Positions 46,460-56,684 of a stretch of 64,000 nt of DNA are shown in pieces. Position numbers and translations under genes: made by a program. Below the pieces are notes generated by a model, which searched no databases, was not told the origin of the DNA, and saw only the letters and a program-made list of their open reading frames with translations. The stretch is taken from the NCBI GenBank assembly GCA_963718895.1, contig CAVRAG010000004.1, positions 288,001 through 352,000 of the forward strand, read 5' to 3'. The DNA is from an uncultured Nitrososphaerota archaeon (GTDB taxonomy: Archaea > Thermoproteota > Nitrososphaeria > Nitrososphaerales > Gagatemarchaeaceae). The first letter of the stretch is position 1; each line of letters starts with the position of its first letter.

Positions 46460-48207
46460 TAAAAGAGTGTTATGGCAGTAAGCAGAAGGATTGCCGGCAC
46501 CACCACCTTCACGTAGGCTTTGGCGAGGGATATCGCGTCCTTCGTCAGCCCCGCGAAATCGTCGAGTGATTCAGTGCCTATCAAGGGAGTTTCCATCTCG
46601 AATCGCGCAACTGTAAGCTCGCAGGGAGCCACCCTGCTCTCCGCGACGGCGACAAGTTTCTTGACCGCGTCTACTACAGTGTCCGCTCCGCTGCCCTCGC
46701 CCAGAGCGAAGTATCCTCGGTCGGTCCGGTTCCTCGCTGCGAAGTTGTGGGTGTCTGAGGTGCAAAGTTCGATCAACCCCGTGCCGGTCTTTCCTAACTC
46801 CTCTGTGATTCGTTCCCTCAAGCCTGAAACAGCGTTGTTGGAATCTGCGCTCACGAGCGCGTTCTTGGTGCCATCGGTAGCGAAGAGTGTGACGCATATC
46901 CCGCCTTCGCTGACATCGGGACCGAGTTTCAGCCCCGTCTCTGTTGAATCTGCGAACCCCATGCTGAATGTTCTCTCTGGGAGCGCCAGGACTCTTGCGA
47001 ATATGGACTCCCACTGATTTCGAGAAATCTGAGATTGTGGTCGGCTTTCGCCGTCTACCGAGTTGTGAGCATCCACCATCGAGAGCTTGAGGCCGAGCTT
47101 CGCCGCGGCGTCTGATGCGTCCGTCACGGTCATTGGATCGAGATCGTCAGAGAGGAAGGGTGAGTTTGAGATTATCGAGAGGATGCTGCTCCCAAAAGCC
47201 AGCGTGGTTATGTTGGTGATACCAACCTTTTCATGCACCGGGCCTCTCATCAGGGCCCTCCCCGAGACGCGCAGTGAACCGACGAATCGTGCAATCTCTG
47301 AGGCATACGCCGCAGCGAGATTGTTCGTCGGTGTGTTCCTCTCATGCCCACCGGTCCCATGGAGTACGACCGGAGCAACCCCATCGGCTTGGAGAGCTCG
47401 GTGGATCAGTTCGGAGAGATTGTAACTTCCGACCGGGAAGAACGGGCCGGGATGAACGCCCGGGAGGACCAAGGCGACCTTCTTCCCCTTGCTTTCAGCC
47501 AGCACGACGTCTGTGACCACCGATTCGCTCTCCGCATAGTTCGAGAAGTATCCTTCAAGGTCGTCGGGTTCATGAGCGACCCAGGTCTTCAGGAATGATT
47601 GGAGGACCTGCAGTGCCGGTATTCCGTGTTTTGTCTTCAGGTTCTCAAGCCTGAGCAGAAAGAGCACCATCAGGATCAGGGCTGCCGCCCCGGTGACGGC
47701 GGGATACACGTACAGGTATCCCCCGGCAGATAGAGCGATTATCAGTATAGAGAGCGGGTGAACTGCGGCGAGGACGAGTGCAATCAGGGTGTTCCTGACG
47801 AACGCCCCGTTGATGACGACGGATTCGAACCCCCAGACAAGAAACGCGCCGAAGATGAACTCGTTCATGCCTGCGTGCAGCCCAGTGAACGACGAGACCG
47901 CCACCCCCAGCGTCAATGGAACAATCCAAACCAGCGTCGATACGAAGAGCAGGCCGAAGAGCCGTCTGGCCGATGCGATCGACTTGTGGTCGATGATTCG
48001 AACCAGACCCGTCAGAAGAAATCCCGCGGCAGGCGTCGCGATGATGCACGCGATGATTACCTCAAGGGAGAGTTGCCTGGCGAGCGACGCTAGTCCCACG
48101 AGCGCGCTGCTCGATACTACCAGGAGTACGAATGAGACTGCGAAGGAGGGCAGGACGAAGAGATGTCTGTATCTCTTTGCTAGCTGCGCCGTTGATGACC
48201 CGTACAG
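46456..48207 (-). CDS. DUF2070-family membrane protein
   Basis: VHPGPF, VDAHN, DSNN and CTSDTH motifs. The open frame extends to CTG 48207 (AKRYRHLFVLP + TM); the GTG at 48099 falls mid-helix. Confidence 0.8.
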   Translation of the reverse strand: MYGSSTAQLAKRYRHLFVLPSFAVSFVLLVVSSSALVGLASLARQLSLEVIIACIIATPAAGFLLTGLVRIIDHKSIASARRLFGLLFVSTLVWIVPLTLGVAVSSFTGLHAGMNEFIFGAFLVWGFESVVINGAFVRNTLIALVLAAVHPLSILIIALSAGGYLYVYPAVTGAAALILMVLFLLRLENLKTKHGIPALQVLQSFLKTWVAHEPDDLEGYFSNYAESESVVTDVVLAESKGKKVALVLPGVHPGPFFPVGSYNLSELIHRALQADGVAPVVLHGTGGHERNTPTNNLAAAYASEIARFVGSLRVSGRALMRGPVHEKVGITNITTLAFGSSILSIISNSPFLSDDLDPMTVTDASDAAAKLGLKLSMVDAHNSVDGESRPQSQISRNQWESIFARVLALPERTFSMGFADSTETGLKLGPDVSEGGICVTLFATDGTKNALVSADSNNAVSGLRERITEELGKTGTGLIELCTSDTHNFAARNRTDRGYFALGEGSGADTVVDAVKKLVAVAESRVAPCELTVARFEMETPLIGTESLDDFAGLTKDAISLAKAYVKVVVPAILLLTAITLFY

Positions 48208-48213
48208 TTGGAC

Positions 48214-48378
48214 CTACCTGAAGAGCAGGTTCATTATGATGGAGCCGACTATGAGTGCCATGGAAGCAGCCAGGACGAATTGAGGCCTCACCTTCACCCC
48301 TTCGGTTTCGTCTTCGAAGAAGCGCAGTAGACCCGCACTGGATGCCGGCATCGGCGCATTTTTCTTCTTGCTGCTCAT
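48214..48378 (-). CDS. secG: Preprotein translocase subunit Sec61beta/SecG (not in ORF track)
   Basis: MSSKKKNAPMPASSAGLLRFFEDETEGVKVRP plus TM. Confidence 0.92.
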   Translation of the reverse strand: MSSKKKNAPMPASSAGLLRFFEDETEGVKVRPQFVLAASMALIVGSIIMNLLFR

Positions 48379-48506
48379 TGCTTGCTCGCTCCGCTACGCT
48401 CGTTGTGGCGCCCTCCAAGCCTTCTAAAATAGGTTGTGTAGTGGAGGAGTTTGCAGCTTCCCTTCCGCAAACATATAATTAGCGAAAGGTCCCTCAAGAG
48501 GGCTGG

Positions 48507-49835
48507 ATGTCATATTCGTCAGATTACAAGAAGATCACTAGTCTGGTGGCGGAACACGAGAAGTGGTTCTCCGAGAGCCTGCCTCTGGTTGCAAGCGAGA
48601 ACGTTGCGTCGCGCGGGGTCAGGGAGGTCCTTTCTTCCGACCTTGGACAAAGATACGCCGAAGGATGGCCGGGTGAGAGGGTCTACGCTGGCTGCAAGTA
48701 CATCGACCAGATTGAGCTCTACGCGATTGATCTGGCAAAGGAGCTGTTCAAGGCAGAGTTCGTCGACGTCAGGCCCGTCTCCGGCGCCTGCGCGAATCTG
48801 GCAGTCTACTCGGCAATCTCCGACCCCAACGACACTTTGATGGCGCTCTCCATCCCCAACGGCGGTCACGTGTCAGCGGCGAAGAAGGAGTTCTCCGGGA
48901 CGGCTGGTCTCGTCCATGGTCTGCAGATAGAGTACTTCGCCTTCGACAAGGCGAGCATGAACATCGACGTTGACGAGTCGAAGAAGAAGCTGAGAGCGCT
49001 CCGGGCGGAGGGGCGCAGGCTGAAGATAGTGATGTTCGGAGGCAGCCTCCTGCTCTTCCCTCAGCCCGTGCGAGAATTGAGCGAGGTAGCAAGGGAGATC
49101 GGGGCCGTCCCATGCTATGACGCGGCGCACGTTGCTGGCCTCATAGCAGGCGGGCAGTTCCAGGATCCTCTGCGGGAGGGCGCCCACCTCATGACCTTCA
49201 GCACCCACAAGACCCTCTTTGGCCCCCAGGGTGGCGCGATAGCAGCGAAGGCGGAATATGGCGAGGCCATAAAGAAGGCGGTCTTCCCGGGAACCTCGAG
49301 TAACCATCACCTTCACAACGTGGCCGCCAAGGCGCTGACGTTCGCTGAGTTCCTGAAGTACGGCAGGGCGTACGCGAGCGACGTCACCAAGAACGCGCTT
49401 GTACTCGCCGAGCGACTCTCAGAGTTGGGCGAGAACGTGGTCGGGGAGAGCGTGGGCTTCACCAAGTCCCATCAGGTCGCCCTTGACGTGACGCGGTATG
49501 GAGACGGCGGAGTCGTGGAGAAGAAGCTCGAGTCCATGAACATAATTGCCAACAGGCAGCTGCTCCCGGGCGACCTCGCGGCAGGACGGCACTACACCAA
49601 CCCCGGCGGCGTCAGGCTGGGCGTCTCTGAGCTTACGAGGCTGGGCATGAAGAAGGACGACATGGAGGAAGTCGCGGATATCCTCCATCTGGCTCTGAGG
49701 TCGGACAAGGTCGCGGAGGTCAAGAAGCGCGTCCGAAGCCTGCGCAAGTCGCACCAGAATGTCCACTACTCGTTCAAGACGTCGGCGGCGTACTTCTATG
49801 CTCAGACGGGCGCGAAGTCTGTCAGCTCCAATTGA
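48507..49835 (+). CDS. glyA: Serine hydroxymethyltransferase
   Basis: LVASEN, RYAEG, YDAAHVAGLIAG, STHKTLFGPQGG and FPG..SNHHLH motifs. Confidence 0.95.
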   Translation: MSYSSDYKKITSLVAEHEKWFSESLPLVASENVASRGVREVLSSDLGQRYAEGWPGERVYAGCKYIDQIELYAIDLAKELFKAEFVDVRPVSGACANLAVYSAISDPNDTLMALSIPNGGHVSAAKKEFSGTAGLVHGLQIEYFAFDKASMNIDVDESKKKLRALRAEGRRLKIVMFGGSLLLFPQPVRELSEVAREIGAVPCYDAAHVAGLIAGGQFQDPLREGAHLMTFSTHKTLFGPQGGAIAAKAEYGEAIKKAVFPGTSSNHHLHNVAAKALTFAEFLKYGRAYASDVTKNALVLAERLSELGENVVGESVGFTKSHQVALDVTRYGDGGVVEKKLESMNIIANRQLLPGDLAAGRHYTNPGGVRLGVSELTRLGMKKDDMEEVADILHLALRSDKVAEVKKRVRSLRKSHQNVHYSFKTSAAYFYAQTGAKSVSSN

Positions 49836-52800
49836 GTGGAGCGTTCACGCTCGTTGAAGAGCTGATCCAGCTCTCTCACCAAGAGGTCGAGCCTGCCCTT
49901 GATGTACTCGTCCACGTCGTAGTCGTTCGCGAGTCTCCTCGCCAGAGAGAGGTACTTCTCGACTGAGCCGCGCGTCAGGGTCTCCCTCAGGTCCTGGCCG
50001 CACATGTCACACGTGCCGGATATCGTCGGTCTTCGGAAGGAACGGCCGCAACCTCTGCACTTGAACGATTGGGTGGCGTACTTCTTCATGTTCCCCATGA
50101 TGTCTCTCAGAAGGTGGGTCTTGATTATCGACTCCACGACATCCTTGGTCGAGACAGCCTCAATCTTCTCCGCCACCTCGATTTGTTTGGATATCTTCTC
50201 GTTGAGGCTCGTCAGTGTGGGGTACGCGCTCCTCGGATGCTTGATCGTTATCGACTCTGTCCCGTTTGTGAAACCGTATCCGTAGAACTGTCCCTCCTTG
50301 TTGAGTCTGTCGCCGATCCGCTCGATCAGGCGTGACACCTTCGATGGGTTTGGGGTCTCTTGGCTCAGCCTGTAGAATTCCGATGGGTACGTCCACGCTA
50401 CGTCGAAGTTGTGCGCCTGATCGTCCACCTCGGCCGGTAGAAGTATCGGCTGGATGAGCAGGGGCGTGTCCATGAGGCCGCCTATCTGGTTCGGAATGTA
50501 CTCCACCGAGAAGTTCAGCAGCACGTCCACGAGGAGCAGGAGCGAATCGCCGTCGCCGTCGCAGTCCCTCCTCTTCGCCGCGTGCCAGCAGGGATTAGCG
50601 AAACACACCTGGGCGTTGGTGAAGCCGACTATCCTCCCGACCACTCCCACAGAGGTGTGCGGCGCCAGGCCGACCGCTATCTTTCCCAGGAGGTCCGGGA
50701 CCGTGTTGATGTTGTATATCTTGTCTAGGTTGTATATGGTCTCCAGCTCTTCATCTGCGAACTTCGCGATTCTTACGAGGTCGGAGGCGATGTTCTCCGG
50801 GATGATTATGTCCTGCGGTTTGAGCTCGAGTATCTGGTCGACGCTGGTGAGAGGCGCCCGATGGATGTCCTTGGTGTAGCCGAGTGAGATGAGCTTCTCG
50901 ACAGCTATGTGAGTGTCACGCGGGCGGAAATGTGTCAGCGTCGCATTTGTAAGGTCGATCCTCGTCGTTCCGTCCTTGTAGACGTAGACTTCGTGCTTGC
51001 TTCGAAGCGCGCCCTTTTCGATGAGCTCGCAGAATTTTGACTCGCTCGAGAGCCCGCGGACCCCTTTGATGGGTTTCCCGCTCATCGTTGGTACTCTCCG
51101 CATCGCTCGTTCCATTCCAAACCTGAGGTCGTACCCGTAGCTCGAGTGTCTGACCCCGTCCACCTTGCAGTTCGGGCAGGTTCTCACGTCCTTCAGGACC
51201 TGGCCGCACCTCGGACAGCTCAGGAAACGTATGGTAGCCTCGCTGCATTCCTGGCACTTGCTCGAGAGCCTTCTCTGGCCGCATGAAGGACAGATCACGT
51301 TGACCACGTCGATGGCCACGACCCCCGCCTTTGATGCCGTGAGCAGGTCTCTGGCGCTGCCCCCACCGCTCCCGACCGGGAAGAGAACGTGGACGGGCGG
51401 CTTCAGGTGCCTCAGCATCGCCTTCTCCGGCCGTCCCACCCGCATCCCTATGGTAGCGGTTGTCTGCCGGGTCACCCTTATTCCGGAGATCTTGCTCACC
51501 ATCTCAACTGTGTCTGCAAACTGCTGCTCGGAATCGATGGTGCCGCCCAGCCGCAGCAACCTAGTCAGGACCAGGGCTGTGTCCCCCTCCATGACCGCCG
51601 TCCCCATCTCACGGGTGTAGGGTACGAGCAGACTATGCAGCATCGATTCTACGTGGCTTGATGCGATTTCGACGTGTACATGATGACCTACGAGCTTCAT
51701 CGAGGATCTCAAGGTCAGAAGGTCGGGGATTGAGAGCCTGTCAAAGCGAGGATTATGGAACGGGTTTATCGGTATGTCCATCCCTTCAGCTATCTTCATC
51801 GCCTCTGCGGCTGTCGGGAGGCTCCCGCTTCGGATTTCTGACATCCTCGCGTCTCCGATGATGCTTCGGGTGGAGGCGGCTCTCTCTTGATTGAGAAGGG
51901 CGTGCTCGAGGTCTTCCAGCCACCACTCCTGTACGTACGGGGACGGCTGGATGGCCTTGTTGTTCTCCAGGAAATCGCCGAAGCTAATCAGTGCGTCCCC
52001 CAGGTCGATTATTCGGACTACGTCGTCGTGGTAAATCTCCGCCTCCTTCACCGTGTTAATCTTCCGCACCGAGCCGTCCCGCATCACGACGGTCGGGCCT
52101 TCGATTGAGTCGACGAAGGCGATGGTCGCGGATTTGCCGGGCGTATCTACCTTGACCTGGGTCCCGGCGACCACGGCATCATCCAGGAGCGTGGCAAGCA
52201 CGGGGTGGATTCCCAGCGTCGACAGCCCGGTATTTATCGACCTGCCGTATCGTATCCTGAAACCTCCCTTCGCGTTGTGGGATGAGAGGACTGCGCGGCC
52301 TGATATGACCTCCTCGAAGTGGGCACCAGCCTTCTCGGTCTCATTGGTGGACTCCTGCTTTCCTCCCTTCAGTTGAGGCAGCCACTCCCAACCGGAGATT
52401 TCCAGTTCCCGGAGGACCTTCGTCAGCTTGTGGGCGCGACCGATTATCCCGTCGTTCAGGACCCTGAGGGCTCCTCCCCTGACCCGGTCGGTGCTCACCC
52501 TCTTCAGGTTCCGGTGTACGACGACCTCGACCGGATCGGTCTCGACGCCGTCGATTTCGACTGGGAGGTTTGATATCGCCACCCGTACGTCTTCGTCGGT
52601 GACCCGGTACTGGAAGTTGCCGACCTCGCGTTCGTACACTCGAAGCTCCTCGATGTATCGTCCAATCTCCTCTTCGCGCGCCCGGTATGGTGAGAGCCCC
52701 AGCTTCTTCCTTACGACATCTCCGATCAGCACTGAAAGTGCGGCTTCGGTCCCTCCTGCGGAACGCATGGGACCGGCATACGAGATTGACGCGTAATCGC

Positions 52801-53251
52801 TATTGTCATCGTTCTTCTTTATTGAGACGGAGTAGATTCCCTGTATCGGGGCGACGGTCACGCCGTCGGTGATTACTGCCAAGCCTGCTCGCACAGCATG
52901 GTCCAGCGCCTGCTCGATCTTCATGGGTCCGAACTTCCCGAGTGCTATCTCCTCCGCTATGGTCAGGGTGGCCCTCTCCTTCGAGGTTGACTTGAGGAGC
53001 TCCCGGAGCCTGTCGGCCAAGCCTTCGAACTGGGTGAGACCGAGCATCTGGTTGACCCTGTCCGCCAGATCGAAGACGACCTTCGACTCGACGAACTCGT
53101 TGGGGTCTAGACCCTTCGCCTTCGCCTTCTCGGCCGTGTTGAACGTAGATTCGTACTCCGCGAGTATGCCCTTGTAGTAATCCTCGAGATGAGGGGGGAA
53201 CGCCGTGAGCTGCCTCATTCGCTCCCAAGAGGTCTCGGCCGAGAAGGGCAT
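49802..53251 (-). CDS. polC: DNA polymerase D large subunit DP2
   Basis: YAGPMRSAGGT, GFRIRYGRS, RVGRPEKA, KRRDCDGDGD and C-terminal PIP-like QLELTDF. Confidence 0.96.
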   Translation of the reverse strand: MPFSAETSWERMRQLTAFPPHLEDYYKGILAEYESTFNTAEKAKAKGLDPNEFVESKVVFDLADRVNQMLGLTQFEGLADRLRELLKSTSKERATLTIAEEIALGKFGPMKIEQALDHAVRAGLAVITDGVTVAPIQGIYSVSIKKNDDNSDYASISYAGPMRSAGGTEAALSVLIGDVVRKKLGLSPYRAREEEIGRYIEELRVYEREVGNFQYRVTDEDVRVAISNLPVEIDGVETDPVEVVVHRNLKRVSTDRVRGGALRVLNDGIIGRAHKLTKVLRELEISGWEWLPQLKGGKQESTNETEKAGAHFEEVISGRAVLSSHNAKGGFRIRYGRSINTGLSTLGIHPVLATLLDDAVVAGTQVKVDTPGKSATIAFVDSIEGPTVVMRDGSVRKINTVKEAEIYHDDVVRIIDLGDALISFGDFLENNKAIQPSPYVQEWWLEDLEHALLNQERAASTRSIIGDARMSEIRSGSLPTAAEAMKIAEGMDIPINPFHNPRFDRLSIPDLLTLRSSMKLVGHHVHVEIASSHVESMLHSLLVPYTREMGTAVMEGDTALVLTRLLRLGGTIDSEQQFADTVEMVSKISGIRVTRQTTATIGMRVGRPEKAMLRHLKPPVHVLFPVGSGGGSARDLLTASKAGVVAIDVVNVICPSCGQRRLSSKCQECSEATIRFLSCPRCGQVLKDVRTCPNCKVDGVRHSSYGYDLRFGMERAMRRVPTMSGKPIKGVRGLSSESKFCELIEKGALRSKHEVYVYKDGTTRIDLTNATLTHFRPRDTHIAVEKLISLGYTKDIHRAPLTSVDQILELKPQDIIIPENIASDLVRIAKFADEELETIYNLDKIYNINTVPDLLGKIAVGLAPHTSVGVVGRIVGFTNAQVCFANPCWHAAKRRDCDGDGDSLLLLVDVLLNFSVEYIPNQIGGLMDTPLLIQPILLPAEVDDQAHNFDVAWTYPSEFYRLSQETPNPSKVSRLIERIGDRLNKEGQFYGYGFTNGTESITIKHPRSAYPTLTSLNEKISKQIEVAEKIEAVSTKDVVESIIKTHLLRDIMGNMKKYATQSFKCRGCGRSFRRPTISGTCDMCGQDLRETLTRGSVEKYLSLARRLANDYDVDEYIKGRLDLLVRELDQLFNERERSTQLELTDFAPV

Positions 53252-53397
53252 TTGGGCACCTGAAAGTGTGAGGGGCTTAAAGGCTTACTTCGGCACTACC
53301 GTACGCCTTGAAGAAATCGGAGAGACCCGACTGAAGGCGGACAAACGCTGTTAGCGGGTCTCGTCGGCTGCGCCGCAAGGTCGTCTTAGGATGACGA

Positions 53398-53694
53398 CTA
53401 GCCTTCTAGACTGATTCGGGCGATGTACGCGTACTCGTGGGGCGTGGGCGGATGATGCTCATCCTGGTGCTCTGGCTTCGGGGTTCCTTCGCGCTTGTCA
53501 GATTTCAGGTGGACCTGAAACTCTGGGTCAGTCAGCTGGTACGTCAGGATGATCTTCTTGCTGGAAGTATCGATTATCTCGACGCTGGAGATTGGTTGGA
53601 AGCCTTTCTCTTCGAGACCCTCCATCCTCTTCCACATATCGCGGGCGGCGTCCCTCACAGTATCACCTCTCCCATCAATCGTTATGGCAGGCAA
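53398..53694 (-). CDS. Hypothetical protein
   Basis: 98-aa ORF with coding-like composition. Confidence 0.6.
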   Translation of the reverse strand: MPAITIDGRGDTVRDAARDMWKRMEGLEEKGFQPISSVEIIDTSSKKIILTYQLTDPEFQVHLKSDKREGTPKPEHQDEHHPPTPHEYAYIARISLEG

Positions 53695-53720
53695 CCCACG
53701 ACCGAGGTGTGTGGGTGATA

Positions 53721-54467
53721 CTAAACCTTAGTCCTCAATTCAGCGCTGGTCGCATTTCCCGCCGGATGATTCACGAGGCACAATGAGCAATCTCCACACA
53801 AACAGTCTGCCGGGCAACACCTATCGCTGCAAGGTTGCGCGGGGATGTTCTGAAAGTGCGTCGCCGCCTCCCTCACACATAGAAAGGTCGCGATCGTGAG
53901 GACAGACCAGTTGCTGACGAGGGGGATATAGTTCCAACCGCGCAGGTTCAAGTCCCACTGTATCAGATTACTGATAGAGCTCGTCATCTGCAGGTAGTTT
54001 GCAGCCAGAAGGATGACCGTGGAGAACACTATGGCCGGAAGGCCGAAGATCTTGACGGCGTTTATTATTCCTGTTCTGAAAGACACGCAGACGATGGTCA
54101 GGCTCCAGACCGCGAAGGCTGCGGCCCCGGATTCATAGGAGGATGCAAAACTGTAGTACGTTGCGTCTACTATGGCAAACAGGATATAGACAAGGCCTCC
54201 GGAGAGCGTCAGAGTCATCACCAACCATCTGGGAAAGCGCGGAGCAATCGGCCTGCTGAGCCAAGACGGGAGAGACGGCTTGATGATCAGGAACAGGGCC
54301 ACGACGGATGCGATTACCAGTCCCTCTGCGATCTCACTGAGGGAGTCCAGGCGAAAGGGAGACAGAAGGCAGGCCTCTTCGCATCCTCTCGAGACGAGCA
54401 CAAACAGAGCAAGGGAGACAGTCATGAAGGCGAAGACGACCAGCATCCAGCGACCCCTGCTCATCAT
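53721..54467 (-). CDS. Multi-TM membrane protein
   Basis: About six hydrophobic segments and a Cys-rich tail. Confidence 0.55.
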   Translation of the reverse strand: MMSRGRWMLVVFAFMTVSLALFVLVSRGCEEACLLSPFRLDSLSEIAEGLVIASVVALFLIIKPSLPSWLSRPIAPRFPRWLVMTLTLSGGLVYILFAIVDATYYSFASSYESGAAAFAVWSLTIVCVSFRTGIINAVKIFGLPAIVFSTVILLAANYLQMTSSISNLIQWDLNLRGWNYIPLVSNWSVLTIATFLCVREAATHFQNIPAQPCSDRCCPADCLCGDCSLCLVNHPAGNATSAELRTKV

Positions 54468-54724
54468 TTGATTCGTCCCATTCCCGCCATCTAACAAGTT
54501 CGACTTGACCGTCCTAGTGAGGAATGCCCTGGTACTGAAAAGGGTTGCCGTCGGCTGAATCGAAAGGTTGGATGTCCGCGAGTCGGATGGATGGGAAGTA
54601 GGTGCCGCGCTGTGTATGATGAATCGTCCCCCTCGACATCTTGGGCATGTTCTAGTCCGGAACGCTCCCTCATCTAAAGTTATGTCAGAGCTACCCCGGC
54701 CGTCCTGGGGATTACATGGTCGGA

Positions 54725-55645
54725 TTAGTTCTGAGCTGGCGATTGACCATCATGATGGGAGCGGGGTCGTGGCGGTGCGGTCGCGACCGACTCCGGCTCT
54801 TCAGCGACGACCAGCTTCCCTGCGAGCCATGGCTTCATCACGAGGTCCCACCGAGTAATCACCTTGCCTCCCCGGATCACAAGGCATTCGGCCCCGTGCT
54901 TCTGCAGCTTCAGGGCCGCCTCCCCAAGGTTCGTCCGCTGGCCGACCGCGACGGGTCCGGCGCTCCAGAGTTCGCCTATCGGCGTAACCAGCGGGTCGCG
55001 ATGAGGCTCATAGACCAGCGAGTCGAGGCTCTCCGGGTTGAGGATGTAATCAATCATGGACCTGTCGGAGACGTAGCACCCGTCACCTTCGATGAATATC
55101 CGTCTGTACTGGCGCTCGAACATGGTCTCAAGCGCATCGCGGACGGGCGTGTCGCCCGGCATGGAAAAGATCGGGCTCGCGACATCCTCGGCCGTCATGT
55201 CAGTCTTGAGCAATCCCGTGTCATAGAGCCTGAGGACGTCACCGAGCGTCACGAGGCTCGGCCTCCCGCGTGAACCGGACGCTCTCAAGCCTGCGCAACC
55301 GAGCTTCCTGGACCTGAAACAATCCAGCAGCTCCCCGAGCTCCTGGTCTGCTGTGAGGGAGTCCAACCGGTCCGAGGCCTTGACGCATGGTCCCTGGACA
55401 AAAGAGGCAAAGCGCTTGTGCCCCATCGTGACGAGCTTCTCCAGACTCGAGAACCCGAGGACGGCCCTGCATTCGTCGTTGTCAGAGGTGAGGGGGACCG
55501 CAGCCAAGTCCTGCATCCTGAGCAGGTACAGGACGGTGATGAGCGGAAAGTCCGGTTTTACTATGGCACGCTGCCTTTCGAGTACGAATGGGAGCGCCGA
55601 GCCTAGCCGCAATCCTTGTAACCCCACGTGTAGCATAACCCTCAC
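54725..55645 (-). CDS. CBS-domain protein (divergent)
   Basis: SLVTLGDVL, SPIFSMPGDTPVRDALETMFERQYRRI and KVITRWDLV. Start uncertain. Confidence 0.75.
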   Translation of the reverse strand: MRVMLHVGLQGLRLGSALPFVLERQRAIVKPDFPLITVLYLLRMQDLAAVPLTSDNDECRAVLGFSSLEKLVTMGHKRFASFVQGPCVKASDRLDSLTADQELGELLDCFRSRKLGCAGLRASGSRGRPSLVTLGDVLRLYDTGLLKTDMTAEDVASPIFSMPGDTPVRDALETMFERQYRRIFIEGDGCYVSDRSMIDYILNPESLDSLVYEPHRDPLVTPIGELWSAGPVAVGQRTNLGEAALKLQKHGAECLVIRGGKVITRWDLVMKPWLAGKLVVAEEPESVATAPPRPRSHHDGQSPAQN

Positions 55646-55646
55646 A

Positions 55647-55709
55647 TCTTAACTATTTGTCCGAATTTCGAGAGAGAATTGGTGTTTTTTGCCACTTTTC
55701 GAAATTCGG
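55647..55709. promoter_or_regulatory. Conserved element variant overlapping an 11-bp inverted repeat between divergent genes
   Basis: Minus strand TTCGGACAAATAGTTAAGA (55647-55665); CCGAATTTCGA 55661-55671 / TCGAAATTCGG 55699-55709. Confidence 0.5.
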
Positions 55710-55748
55710 CGGCGGGAGACAGGTTAAAGGCCCCGGGCCGGGCCGCAC

Positions 55749-56003
55749 TTGATGCAGATGCCTGACGACAACGTCATCGTGAAGGTCTCGAAGGTCCTCG
55801 ACAAGGGACTAGTCTCGATCCCGCTCGAGATAAGGGAGAAGCTCGACTTGCAGCCTGGTACCAAGATGATCGTTTTCGCCACGGAGGACGGGGTAGTGCT
55901 GAGAAAAGCGGAGCTCTTCTTCGAGAGGGAACCCCCGGCTGGGTTGCTGAGCAGGATTCGCGGGATATTCTCAAAGGTCCCGATAAGGGACATAGAGGAG
56001 TGA
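55749..56003 (+). CDS. AbrB/MazE/SpoVT-family regulator
   Basis: KVLDKGLVSIPLEIREKLDLQPGTK. Confidence 0.85.
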   Translation: MMQMPDDNVIVKVSKVLDKGLVSIPLEIREKLDLQPGTKMIVFATEDGVVLRKAELFFEREPPAGLLSRIRGIFSKVPIRDIEE

Positions 56004-56064
56004 CTTGGCGGTAGTCTGAAAGCTCTTGCCTGGCTGATGCCGGGTGGTGTCCGAGTGTGGGGGA

Positions 56065-56087
56065 AACCGACCCAGTTAGGGTCGGTT
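56065..56087. terminator. Hairpin between convergent genes
   Basis: AACCGACCC-AGTTA-GGGTCGGTT. Confidence 0.35.
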
Positions 56088-56108
56088 CCTGGCTCACGAA
56101 CCTGACCT

Positions 56109-56582
56109 TCAGGCCGGGCCCTTGATCTGTCCTGCCGTCGCGCTCATTGATGCCACCTGTGCCAAAGGCGCTGGTCCTCTCCACCTGAGGGTCATTATGC
56201 CGCCCGCTATACCCAATACCGCTCCTATGACGAATCCTCCCGTCCCTAAGAAGCCCAGAATGGAGAAGATGACTATCAACAGTCCGAAGAGGACCGACTG
56301 GTTCGGGTACACCCTCAGCATGACGCCGGAGCCGAGCACGATGAGACCCGAGATGAGCCCGAACGAGCCTACCCCTTCCAAGACACCGCTCACGAAGCTG
56401 GGAATGTTCTGAGCCGATATCGATCCCATCGGGTTGTTGAATACGGACGCGTTCAGATGAGGAGTCACGAAGACGGAGACCCCAAGAATGAGGAGCCCGG
56501 CCGCGATCATGAGACAGCCACCTACCATAGCGAGTACAGATCCCGTGTTGGGATATCCTGTTGCCGTTTTTTGTGAAGTCAT
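56109..56582 (-). CDS. Four-TM membrane protein (DUF6114-like)
   Basis: GLISGLIVL...P......G.LIVIFSIL....GGFVIGAVLGIAGG. Confidence 0.7.
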   Translation of the reverse strand: MTSQKTATGYPNTGSVLAMVGGCLMIAAGLLILGVSVFVTPHLNASVFNNPMGSISAQNIPSFVSGVLEGVGSFGLISGLIVLGSGVMLRVYPNQSVLFGLLIVIFSILGFLGTGGFVIGAVLGIAGGIMTLRWRGPAPLAQVASMSATAGQIKGPA

Positions 56583-56684
56583 TTTTTGAATCACAGGGAG
56601 TGTATGGTACTGGTGCGACTAAATCGGTTCGCTGATACGATAATGATATGGTAGCGAGTTGGATGAAACGATTCTGATACGGAT

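Noticed and set aside
49802-49835. Convergent 3' overlaps (glyA/polC, cofE/Zn finger, others)
   Set aside because: Common in compact archaeal genomes.
49802-53251. Intein in PolD DP2, or the LAGLIDADG gene as an intein
   Set aside because: DP2 has normal length with a continuous catalytic region. The 27903 protein has no Hint-domain N-terminal Cys/Ser block or terminal HN motif and no flanking exteins.
53336-54690. Weak matches to the 20-bp element at 53336 (+) and 54672 (-)
   Set aside because: They are degenerate, with no convincing gene at the expected distance.
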